Positions 11,983-24,067 of a DNA stretch of 64,000 bases are shown one piece after another. The first letter of the stretch is position 1. Each line of letters starts with the position of its first letter. The notes beneath the pieces are model-generated. The model did not search any database. It was not told where the DNA came from and saw only the letters and a list, made by a program, of their open reading frames with translations. Source of the DNA: Kudoa neothunni (taxonomy: Eukaryota; Animalia; Cnidaria). Location: the NCBI GenBank assembly GCA_964304625.1, contig OZ199838.1:1148809-1212808 (forward strand). Reading direction: 5' to 3'. The position numbers and the translations under genes were made by a program.

Positions 11983-14857
11983 ATGGCCAAGAGTTCTCTA
12001 AACGTTATTGAGAAGTACACTATTGGCCAGAGGATTTTCTATGGTTTTCTCTGGATTTTGTTCTACCCTATCCGATACCTGACATTGATTCCATTTTTTA
12101 TTATGAATATGTCATTCACACGTTCCCCCAAACCGAAAATATCCTCCAAATGTATCAAACAAGATGATGATGAAGCAGTGTATCGTGATGTGTCATCTGT
12201 TGGTGAATTGAAAAAATCCTTTGGTGACTATCGTACAATCGCTGATATTCTAAAGTTGGTTCGTTGTTCATTTCACACTCCTCACATATGCTTGAATTTA
12301 TAGAAATTTAGTCGTTAAGAATCCTCACAGAAGATTGGTCGGATCAAGACCTGTCATCGAAAAAGAGGATTTCAGTGATACTGTCACTGGGAAAACATTT
12401 AAAACGATTTCATCTTGGTGATTATCAATGGAAAACACGCCAACAGGTTCTCACTATCGTTCATCGATACAGTTGTGGCTTGCTCTCTTTGGGATTGCTC
12501 GAAAACGAACTCAATAAAGTGGCCGTATTTGCGGACAATTGTGAAGAGTGGTTCCTCAGCTCTCAAGCTATTGTACTCACAGGCCGACCGTGTATTTTCA
12601 TCATTACGATTACTGCTATTAGCAACACATTTTTTTGTTGAATCGGTACATATTCTCATGTCACTCTGTCACATAGTGGTCACCGTCTACACCACCCTCC
12701 CCGATGAAAGTATCGTACACGCTCTCAATCTCACCAAAATTTCTCACATTATTGTTGATGAGAAATCTTTCGACCGACTGCTAAACATCTACACACAATG
12801 CGAAACTATCAAACACGTTGTAATGATGTCATCTTGCGATAAATCCAAATACGAAAACAACCCCATTACTGAACGGATTGAATTGCACACAATAAATGAG
12901 TTGTGCACTGTGGGAGAACAAGCAGTCGCATCAACCACTTTCACTCCCACCCAAGATGATGAAATCGCACTCATTATGTTCACTTCAGGCTCAACTGGAT
13001 TACCAAAAGGTTTGAATTTTCTCTTTTCATCGCATATGTTTCTAACACACATTTTTCTATTTTTCCGCTATTCGATCATTGTATGTATAGGTGTTCAAAT
13101 CTCGCATAAGAATGTTCTTACTCAAGTGGGTTCAGAAATTGAGAATCGAAGTCAATGGTACATATTTCTTTATCTGTTAACTATGTTCAAATATATTTTT
13201 CTGTTTTATTTAGGTCCGAAAAATTGTTCGCCGCTTTTCTTCCAAGTTCTCACATATTGGAATTTGTCATAGGTAGGTGATATTAATTAGCTGGTAATAT
13301 TGATTAATGATCTATCAAATTTTTCAATATAGAACTCTCTGTATTGTCGTATGGCGGAATTTTGGGCTTCTGCACTCCACTAACTCTCACAGATAAAGTA
13401 ATCTTTTGTAAGATGGCCTTGTCGTTAATGTGTATGGTTCTCTTTAGTCACCAATGATAATTCCTGGTACAAAAGGTGACCTGCCCTCATTGAAACCTAG
13501 ATTCACTTTGTTTGTTCCGGTAGAATTGATTTTTACTTATCACTTTATATCCAATGCACGTGCTGTAGTTGTTGTTGGATCGTCTCTCGAAAGCTGTTCT
13601 AATACACTTCAAATCACAACCTCCCATCAAACAAGCGTTGGTTCAATTCCTAATCAACTACAAAAAGCATTTCCTCCTCAAAGGACACAACACTTCAATT
13701 GTTGACAAGTATTCTCACCTTATTATAAACTATTTATGTATTATCTTAAAAAAATAGGGTGGTTTTCAGTAAAGTGGCTGAGATTGTTGGAGGTATAAGT
13801 GACGTTACTTTGTCAGCTGGAGCACCATTGTGTCCAGAACTTGCTCTGTTTGCCAGTGTGATATTCTGTCTCAATCTAAAACAGGGGTACGGTACCACTG
13901 AGACCGTTTGTGGAGGATCACTTGGCAAAGGTAATCACATTAATAGACATCGATGCTAATTGATCATTCTACGTTGTTAGGCTCTGACCCTTACAGCTAC
14001 GATACCGGTCATATCACTCCTTGCTGCGAACTCAAACTAGTACCTTGGGTTGAAGGAGGATATTCTCCTACCGACAAACCATATCCTAGAGGGGAGGTTT
14101 ACATCGGAGGAGACAATGTTTCTCATGGTTACTACGAAAATAATTCTCTCACTCAGGAATCATTCTTCGTCGATGAGAGCGGTCTCAGATGGTTTAAGAC
14201 TGGTGATATTGGACAAATGCTACCAAGTGGAAATCTTCAAATCATAGGTATTTAATTATTATAATCTAATATTTATATTCTGAAATGAGGAAAGTGTGAA
14301 TTTTATCGCTCATTTCTATTCAACATTTATTATGGTTTTTTTAGATCGTAAAAAGGATATTATCAAGTTAAAACATGGAGAATATGTATCAGTCACTAGA
14401 ATTGAAAGTGTGCTAATCAAATCCAAATATGTGGATATGATTTGTGTGGCTCCCAATTCCGATAGCAGCTATCTGGTTGCCATTGTGGTCCCCAATCGTC
14501 AACAAATATTCAACACTGTCAAATCCCTAAAGTTAGAATTGGTGGAAGATATCACTTCCTATTTTGTTGATCCTAAAATATGCGATGCGATGACGGAGGA
14601 CATAAAAAGAATCTCATGTGAGTTCCTCTCTATATTTGATTTGTGATTTGTTATTTGATTTGTGATTTGATTTGATTTGTGTATGGGGGTATATTTATCA
14701 ATCAATTGTTGTTGTAGTGAGCTTACACAAATTTGATCGACCAGAAAAATATTTCTTTGTCAAAGAAGTCTGGACACCAGAAAACAACTTAACTACTCCC
14801 TCTATGAAACTAAAAAGACCCGAAATCCATAGATTCTACAAGGATCTATTGGAATAA
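11983..14857 (+). CDS. ACSL4: Long-chain fatty-acid-CoA ligase, ACSL3/4 type, paralogue A (12 exons; one +1 frameshift at 12401-12404)
   Basis: N-terminal hydrophobic anchor, LGDYQWKT, P-loop IMFTSGSTGLPKG, FLPSSHILEF, QGYGTTET, PYPRGEVYIGG, WFKTGDIG, II|DRKKDIIKLKHGEYVS, WTPENNLTTPSMKLKR. Eleven GT-AG introns. An extra A in TTT AAAA CGA breaks the frame of GKTFK-RFHLGDY. Confidence 0.9.
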
Positions 14858-15559
14858 ATTGCTTCTCCAATTTCTTATCTCTTAGATTATAAATTTGAGC
14901 AGGGTTTCGGTCCATTCACTGTAATTTTAATATGAAATTGTTCTCTAGTTCTCTTTTTTTGATGAATATTGCTACGTTCTGATTAAAATGGAATGTGTTT
15001 GTTTTTCAGTAAAATTGATTGGTTGCGAAAAAATTTCGATTCATTTAAAAAAAGTGTTCTCAACCGGGAGTAAATTTTAAATGACAGGGAGTGAATCAAG
15101 TGTCATCAAAATTTGATAGGGACAATTTTTGCATAAAGAGGTTTGTGACGTACATAAGTATTTCTAAGGAATTATATTATGACTGTGTCTATTTTTCCGG
15201 ACGCGATTTTTCTCCTAGAATAGTAATTCAACCATCATCATTTTTACCAAAAAATATCTGTTATAAATGCAGAATATAAATTTAGTTTCATTAATTCAAG
15301 TACATATTTTAACATCGCTAATGGTTATCAATAGAATCCAAATGAAACCAAGATGTTGTATAACTATTTGGCCCACTCATTTTTTACAATTCTTAAAATA
15401 AATATTCCCACGAAATGATTTATATATCACTATAATTTAATAAAATATTGAATTTCCTACTTTTCAATTTGTAAAAAGTTGGTACTGGGAAACCTCATAT
15501 AAACTTATATTTGAATCATAGATATCGACTTTGTTATATTATTATCATCATTATAATAA

Positions 15560-16690
15560 AAATTGTTGCCAAAACCTATAACTGTTTGTAATACACCTTT
15601 TGGTCTACTTCTCGAATTCATTACTGTTGGGGGTTTTATTCCTATTATTTTGTGAAGTTCGCAACCTCGATGAAATTCACATAACTATCAAAGATGAATA
15701 TTAACTGTAGAATCATTCACAATATCTAAGATTTCCGTATCAGTTATTTATGTCATTTCCTCGAACTGTCTGTCACTTGTATATTCACCCGCTCCGTTCA
15801 TGATTCCTCAGTAACGAAATGTAAATAAAAATTTTACTAGACACTCTCATGACATTTTGGATCTGAAATTTTTTGATTGTTGCTGCTAATAGACTCAGAC
15901 GTTAACTTGGATTAAACTATGTTGATATATGAACAGTGGAATAACTGAGCAAGAATAATTCATCAAAAATCTTGTTTACTAAATCATATTAAGTCCCGTT
16001 TTCTCAGAACTTAATGATATTATTTTCCTACAGAGAATTTTAACTTCCTTTATAGATTAAATGTAGAATTCGGAGAATAGCATTAGCTTGAAATTTCAGT
16101 AGTTGACGGCTGCACCCAATACAAATGATTCTGAATACGTATATCTTTGATCATTTGAATTAATGATATGTAATATTTCTTGTGCCAAGTCATATTACAT
16201 ATTTTTTGTCATATAAATCCATATTCATTTTCTTTCTAATAAAGATAATATGTCTACATGTTAAATTCATACTTAATTAGAAGCTGTATGTGCAACTATT
16301 GGAATATGATTCGATTTAATTATCTATTTAAACTTACATAATATTGTATGCATACAACGTTAATAATGTGTTAATGTCTGAGTTTAATTTTTCAACAGTT
16401 TGTGTTGTTAACTCTCTAACTACTTTACCCTTATACTTGATAAATAACCTAGAAAACCCATTTCAAAACTTCTGTTGTTGAAACTTATATGGAATATCCG
16501 ACCAAGTAACAAAAGTTCTCCTGCTTTTAATACGTATCCATTGATTCTTTAGCCTTTCAAAAGTACGAAAATGCATCACCAAACTCTAGGTCTAATATAA
16601 TATCTTGCATAAGTTGCGTTTGGCCAGACTCTCCTCCCATAATGATTGAACTTGGTACTATCAACGTTACAGTTGTATTTTAAAGGTCAT
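15560..16690 (-). pseudogene. Very decayed Buster/Charlie-like hAT transposase remnant
   Basis: The minus strand near 16620-16680 reads NTTVTLIVPSSIIMGGESG, loosely like HNIGETLVEPAALKMENILLG in the 54837-56830 element. No open frame. Confidence 0.25.
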
Positions 16691-17930
16691 TTTACTCGTT
16701 TATCGCGTTATATTACACACATTTAACATTATTAGAGAAATATACGCTGATTCATCGAAAACTTAAAGTATTTTGTATTAATTCTTAACGAGAATCACGA
16801 ATATCCTCGTAGCATTTGGCTGCCTAACTGTCAACTAAACAATAAATGAAACTAACATTATATTCTGCATTTATGACAGATATTTTTTGGACATTAAATT
16901 TAACAATAAATAACAATTCTATAAACGATTTTTAATTAATTCTTGCTTTAATATATATAAAATTTATTTTTAACAGATAATTATAACTATCCAATATATC
17001 ATTACAAATTATAATATTTGATACCTGAGGAATTTTTTTCGATAAAATAAAAATTATCTTAAGATGTAATCTGTCATTTTTGGTATTAGTACCTTGAAAA
17101 ATATCTAAAATATGGTCATTTTTAATGTTGTATGAAGCTTGTAAAGTTTTAGAAAATTTTATCAATTTTTTCCAGAATACTTTTCGATCGTTTTATAACA
17201 TACGAAAAATTAGATAAAGACAAATTTCCTCGTATTTCTTTATTATATTCAACCATTTAACTTCACAGTTTGTAAAAAAACCTTGATTAGATCGTTTGTT
17301 AATGGTTCTAATAATTTTAGATAAAACGATATTATAGAAGAATTTATAATTAGGTCATTTTTATTATTATTTAGTAAAAGTTTTACAATTGAAGCATGAT
17401 GAAAATTAGATGGATTCCAATCAGAGGACTTTTTTGAGAACCTCTTGAATGGCTGAGATCACTAAATCTATCCGTTTTCTTACGGCACGTATTTTGCATT
17501 GAGCTATTTACGTTTCAGAGACACGAATTCCAATGAATAGTTTATATATTTGGAATATTTCTTTTGGGGAAAATTTGTATGTACTATGTGTCTCAAATCG
17601 TTGAATCGATTAGTGCGTATATATTGCAGTAAAGCATGTTTTAATTTATAAAAAAAGTCGTTAGATCAAATCTGTTATTTCAATTTTTGTGGAATTATTA
17701 TAAAAAACTTATTTTTTAAAGAAAAGTTTGTGCCAGACAGTGACTTAGCCTCTATAAATCAATGTATTATTTAATTTTTAAAATTAAAAATCATTAATCT
17801 TTATTAAATATATGTTGCAAAAATAACTTGATCACAAAAAAAATCTTGATTCTAAATATTTAATTAGTTTTTATTAAAAGTACACCCTAAAATACATACC
17901 ATTAGGTCTTAATTGCAATACAGTTATTAA

Positions 17931-18146
17931 CCCTTAATGAATGGATCACCATGAGCTCGTAGAAACCGGCTGAAGATCAAACTACTTGAAAGCATCTCTT
18001 AAATTTAAGCATTTATTCTCCAGGGTTTTCTTAAATTATAAAAATTTAATTTTTTTCTCATATTAATGTGATATAAGTGATTTGTTTTACTTTTAAATCC
18101 TTAATAACAACCGTTTACAATAACTCCTATTGTGGTTTAATAAGGG
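17931..18146. mobile_element. 216-bp piggyBac-type MITE
   Basis: TTAA-CCCTTAATGAA ... TTTAATAAGGG-TTAA: inverted termini starting CCC, flanked by TTAA on both sides. Confidence 0.75.
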
Positions 18147-18151
18147 TTAAT

Positions 18152-18550
18152 GGGGAAATAGTGCTACGTCCATAACGACTCAAACGTCTTATCCCACTAA
18201 ACCTAACTGGAATTTTACTGTACAATTGTAAGCGCATTATACTCAACTGTAGGTGTAGTAAACCTCCAATCAACCGAGGCTGGGCTCCGCGCTAGCCCAC
18301 TACATTACTGGGCGGAAATCCTCTAGACAATAACAATCGGGGTGATCACCATAGCTTCGTTTACTATAATAACTTAGCTGTACTATTCTTTAAAATTGAT
18401 TGTTTCCTCGCGTAAATACAACAGTAAGCATAAACTCTAACTTCAGATTCTACTATGTGATTGAGATGTGCAATTCAGGAGCAGAACACTTCAAGGGACA
18501 AAAATTCGAATTCGTAACCTCTGGATTCAAAGCCCAACGGCCAAATACTT
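18152..18550 (-). mobile_element. Degenerate tRNA-headed SINE-like element
   Basis: Minus-strand head CCGTTGGGCTTTGAATCCAGAGGTTACGAATTCGAAT resembles a tRNA anticodon/T arm (B-box-like). Its body shares GTTTAGTGGG with the SINE at 22403. Confidence 0.4.
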
Positions 18551-21500
18551 TAATCCAATGTTTCCCGACCTATTTTTGATAGAGTTCGCTTTATTTAAAA
18601 AAAAATTCAGAACCCATTTTTTTCAAAAGTATTGATGTTTATAACTTTCAATAAAGCTCTCCATCACATTAAAATTTGAAAACACTTATTATATACTTCT
18701 TTTCTTATTAATATTAAAATGTCTTCAATCAGATCTAACTTAATTTATCGATGGACTTAAAAAGTTAACATCTTTAGTTATTCATTCCGCCAAAAATAAC
18801 GTCAAGTGAAACTCACGGTAATCTAAGCTTCATTAGGATTTACTTCCCTACATAGAGGGGGCTTATAAACCACAAATAAATAATGTAGATACAACATTTA
18901 TCAATATTAATCAATATTATATTAGATTTATTCAGAAACAATGGGATATATAATCCTAAATGAGACAAACTTTAGATTCTAACCAATCTGATTCTATTTG
19001 GGTGAAGGACACGTTAAATGTTATTACTAATTTTTATGATATCAATCGTCATTTATAAATAAGCGATATTGACTTCAAAATACGTCGTACGTTCAACTAT
19101 CTCATAATTATCCGTGTTTTCCGTTCCTCGCCATGGCGTTACATTCAAAGATTAAAAATTTCCATGCCCATAAAATCTTTTTCATGTCCCATCGATGGGG
19201 CGTGAGCCCTACGACGAGAAACACTACCCAATCGGTAATCGTTAATTTGCTGTGTGTAATTTAGAAACCCTTGATGCAGCTTACTAAAAACAGCCGAGAT
19301 TTTTAATAATTTTAATCCTCATACATCGAAACTAACATAAACTTAGAACAAAATTATTATTTTCATTGGATTATAACATTCGTATCACGCGAAAATATGT
19401 CCAACAAACACGTCACATTTAACTCCACATATATATTATGGTAAATAGTATAATAATTTAAAATCCTGGCAAGATGCAAAATGTTCGTGTGGCTTCTTCA
19501 AATTCATTCTTTCGTAGTAGAGTCTTGCGCATACAATTACACTAAATTCATATTATTCACAAGTCAAGGTGTTGATCGACATACCATAGACACTGAGCTA
19601 GATACATTGATCTAGTATTCTTACACATTATAAATCTGGGAAAATTCAACGAACTATACGCCACACAAGTCCCTAAAATAAATTTTCAAATAATCTCGGT
19701 GACACTCTTAATTCTATACCTGCTGTAACAAAATTGAAACTATGATATTTATATGATATCAATGAGCCAACTATAGCTAGTGGACCAAACCATCTCATGT
19801 AAAAGTATGGTCGGGCCTCTAAGAGTTTATTCGCGTTGTTAATAAATTGCTATTAACGTGGAGAATACGGTGCTTACTTAGATAATGATAAACTGTAAAT
19901 GCATCTAATGTTGCATAAGCACCGTAGAGGCAGCCAAGAAAGGAAGTTACTCTACGATGAGGCTCCAAATACTCCATAGAGAGTCGGCCCTGCATATTTG
20001 AAATTTATGCGCATGTTTTTAGGGATTAACAAAAATCAGCATGTGAGTTGGTCCAGATGCTAATTTCTCCAAAAAATAACAGTTAACGATTATTAAAATT
20101 CTTACAGATTTATTGGTGATAGTGGATATATAAAGTGGTCATGGTTCTAATTTTTTCGTTTACGACTTCAACCAAAAGATTAGGATTGTAGCCGAATAGC
20201 TTATCCTCACACTTATTCTACGACTATCACATTTAACCACACACTACAGCTTACATAAATTGTTACATTCGTATAATTGGGAAATACTGTTTCTCAATTT
20301 TTTTAATTAATATTGTCTAAGTTAATTTGAGAGAATCCATGGAAAATTTAATTATTAAACGAAAAAAATACCCTGATAATATATTTTAGGAAAATTTAAA
20401 AAGATTTTTAATTAGATGTTTGGCGGTAAAAAAACGCTTATTTTATTTTCTCCAAGCGAACAAGCAAAACACATCAGTGACATTATTATTTATTAATTAA
20501 TTGACTTAAAAATGTAAATTTAAAAAAATATGCGCAAAAATTCTTGAGAATTTACCATAATCTTTTGAAACACTGAGCGGTACAAATGGTAACGTTTTAA
20601 ACATATTTATATCAGAATAATAAACCATTTATTAATTTGTTATATTGGATTAAGAATATAATTTATTCGAAAAATTTGTAAAGTTCTTAATTTTGTGAGA
20701 TTATGTAATGTTTGATTTCTCGAAATCCAACATAGAAATTTATTATTCTTATGATAAAAATATCATCCAGAATAATTAAAATTACTCAAAATTGAGTTCA
20801 CTTTTGAGTAAAGCTATTTTCTATTTCGAGGATCGGCAATCATTTTTGGTGACGGGCTGAACACACATACCTAACCCTAACTCTAATGCGGGTCGTGTTA
20901 AAATTAAACCATCACAATTTTAAGTTATTCCTAGTTCAAATTTTATATTTAAATATATAAATAAGCATTTATAAATGTCTTTTAAAATGGAAAAGTATGT
21001 CAAATCAATAGTATTATATTCTAATAATTTTCACTCGCAATTTAATCAACTCGTGCTTAACTTGTGAAAGGACGATGCCAAACGTAAGATTTACCTATAT
21101 GCCTTTATAAAAATATTTTAACGTTATTATAACAATCGTATTTATTCCAGTTTTCCTATTTAATGAAAATGAATTTTAGGTGGCTAAAATGTTTATTATA
21201 CCGACAACATACAGTAATGGACCGCTCGTGTGTACATTAGTTATTTTATATATTAAAGATTCTCTGGTATTTAAAATGATTTCAAAAATGATTTCAAAAT
21301 GTTATTACTACTCGCTTTAAACAATGTATAAGCATAATTAGTATGAAAAAACGAAAAATTAAAAGTCATGTGAGGATCGGTCGTACATACCTTTTTGTTT
21401 GGAACGCGTGATCAAATTAAACGTTTTTTTTCTTTTTTTCCCACGATTAAACAATTAGTAGGTTTTTATTGTTACATCAATGTGGTAGCTAGTTGAAAAA

Positions 21501-22402
21501 TGAAGGAAAAACATGGACACATGTTGTAGATACGGAATAGTATGGTTTATAATGATGTCCTCTCTAATTCATAGAAATATCAATGGCGCAATGATAATCC
21601 CTCCCCAATAATTCAGAAACGGGTGATGATTTTATTGGTTAAAAATTGAGCCTTTCAGAGATGGCCTTATTTTATTTAGAAAGGCTTGGCAATTATTTTA
21701 AACATCATGGCTCAAAAAAGTGGGAGTTAATGTCTAATTCTATTCCAGATGTTTATTCATTTTTAAATTGTAATTTTAAACAAAAGAATCATTGGCTTTT
21801 CATTAATATTTAAGTTATAGCTAGTTTTATGTTTTAATATTTTTGGCGCGCTTGCGCTAAAAAAAGTACGTATTATACGGCCGGGACCGGTAGCAGAGAT
21901 GGCAATTTAGTTTGAGTCCGTTTGTTCAAAAATATTTGAGGCTGTGATTTCGTTTGCGTTCGTTCATTGGTGTACTTTGTGTAAATTTGAAGTCTCGCGA
22001 ACGAATACGAGCTTACTTACCGTCCCCGCCTTAGATTATTGGAAAATTCTAAATATCGATATTTAAAAAAGTTGGTAACAGTTATTTTTCGAGACCCACC
22101 AACAACTCGAGCTCCAAGGGGGTTTTTTCTAATAGCGAAAAAATCCACAAAAGAGATTGTTCATACATGAACTCATTGAACTTGTTGAAATTGCTGGTCT
22201 ACTCCAACGATAAAGTTAATAAATCTAACTAATAGTTTTGTGCAATATTAAATAGTTATTCATTCTTTTTAATTTCACACCACAATCGATCTTTTTAAGA
22301 ATTAAAAACATTGCTTGTTCGCTTCGTTAATCATAACTTTGATACTAAAAAATTTCAGTAACCGCCTAAGTCATTGGTTGTGGGAACTCTCATGTAGTTA
22401 CA

Positions 22403-22862
22403 TCGAGGACAGATAGCACATCGGTGTGATACTCGGACTCAGAAAAATGAGGTAATAGATTTGAATCCAGTCCACCAGTGGTCAGAGTACTGCTTCCGTG
22501 TCGATGGGTCTCTATCCCATATTTGGTAGTTGTGGTTAAAGAGTACGTTCGTTGTGGAGTGGGGTGGGGTGAGCGTTAATATGAGTTTGAATCTCCGTAA
22601 CTCGTTGAAAGGCAAGTAATTTGCAGTCCTCACAGAGCCAACGCCTTTTAAAGGGATAAGGTTTGAGGTGGTGGTCGCCCTGAGACGAGAATGTTTAGTG
22701 GGTTAAACTCCCACAATACCGCATAAAGATAAGGGATAAAGGACGGGGTTTCATGTTACGTCCTGCGGTGCCTACAGTGTTAATGTAAAAGGCCTGACCA
22801 ACCAACCAGAAATCCATAACCTAATAAGTTGCGCCAGGGATTTTACCTTGTAAACAAAAATA
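22403..22862 (+). mobile_element. tRNA-derived SINE, copy 1
   Basis: Collinear over about 430 bp with the inverted copy at 48773-49193. Head GAGGACAGATAGCACATCGGTGTGA..CGGACTCAGAA..GAGGTAAT..(GG)TTCGAATCC carries A/B-box-like motifs; A-rich tail. Confidence 0.75.
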
Positions 22863-23029
22863 AACTCATGCAGTTTGCATAAGCTCGCGTTAGAAAATAT
22901 ACGGCGAAAATGATAAAGTAATATGCCATGATCTTGATAAAATAATCAAAAAATCGTTTCGATCATGATTGAAAATGACGTTATTATCCACCAACCTTGA
23001 TCTAACAATCACCCAAATTCGTTATAATA

Positions 23030-23643
23030 TTTAAGGAAATATTATAGACCATATTTCTCATTCTCATTCGGAGCAGCTTACATAGCTATTGCATCAATTT
23101 AAATCGATATTCAGTCAATAAATATAAGCTTTAATTTAAATACGATTTATTTTTGGAATTAAATACAAATATAATTCGTTAATATACAATTAATTGTCTC
23201 TAAAAACAAACAAATCCTTAAACGGCCGATATATTTAGAATCCCTCAGATCAAAGATCCGTTCCGCCGAAAAAATTTAAAATCGTTATCCATGCAGCTCA
23301 TGGAAGAGCAAATCTGTAGAAAATATTTTAAGCATAACTTATTTTAATTAAAACTTTATAGAACCACCAAAAATCAATTTATCACAAGAATCCAACGATC
23401 TCATCACCAAAATATGTTGCCACTTGTGTCTTCGCCAAAAAAATAGAAAAACTAGAACAGCGTGTCACAGTCGCAAAAATCAAGTTTACAAAAAACATTC
23501 TAACATTATATGCGACAATTGTTTAAAAAAATTCAATTAAAATAATATATGTGCCAATTTACATCGAGTTTTTCTGCATGGGGTCCAATGGACCCTTTAC
23601 GTGCATTCGCGTTAAGCTTTTTGCTCTTGCCACGGAGGGTTAA
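23030..23643 (+). mobile_element. piggyBac 3' remnant (Cys-rich domain plus terminus)
   Basis: The plus strand at about 23412-23525 reads ICCHLCLRQKNRKTRTACHSRKNQVYKKHSNIICDNCL. Palindrome GGGTCCAATGGACCC at 23581. Candidate termini CGCG-TTAA (23612-23615) and GAGGG-TTAA (23640-23643). Confidence 0.65.
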
Positions 23644-24067
23644 TCTTACCTAGTGAGTGACTGCGAGCTGGATTTTGAGTTTGAAGCACTGTTTTATTAC
23701 TTTAAATTGTATTATTGGTATATATCGGATGGATATAATTATAGTTGAAGAAAATAAAAAAAAATAAAAGAATTATTTTGATATTGCCTCAAAAACTATA
23801 TCCCATTTCAGTTTAATTCATAATTATAAGAGAGAAAATTTATCGTCCAAGTTTATTGAAGGACCCATTATATCAAAATTTATAAAACACTCACTTCCAT
23901 AACACATCTTATAACCAACAAATATATCAATCACAAATTTAATGACTAAAGTGAAGCACAAAAATTATTCATATTTCGGCTCAATGAAATAAAGATGAAA
24001 TAAAGATCTATTCTTCTTTGTGGAAAAAATAGCGTTAAAATGTTTTCAAACAGCAAGTGCTGTGGAA

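Noticed and set aside
18557-19226. hAT MITE bounded by CAATGTTTCCCGAC / GACGAGAAACACTA
   Set aside because: The termini are only loosely inverted and there is no convincing 8-bp TSD.
20870-20886. CCTAACCCTAACTCTAA as a telomere or telomerase-RNA template
   Set aside because: Under three imperfect units with no supporting structure. Such motifs are common inside transposon termini.
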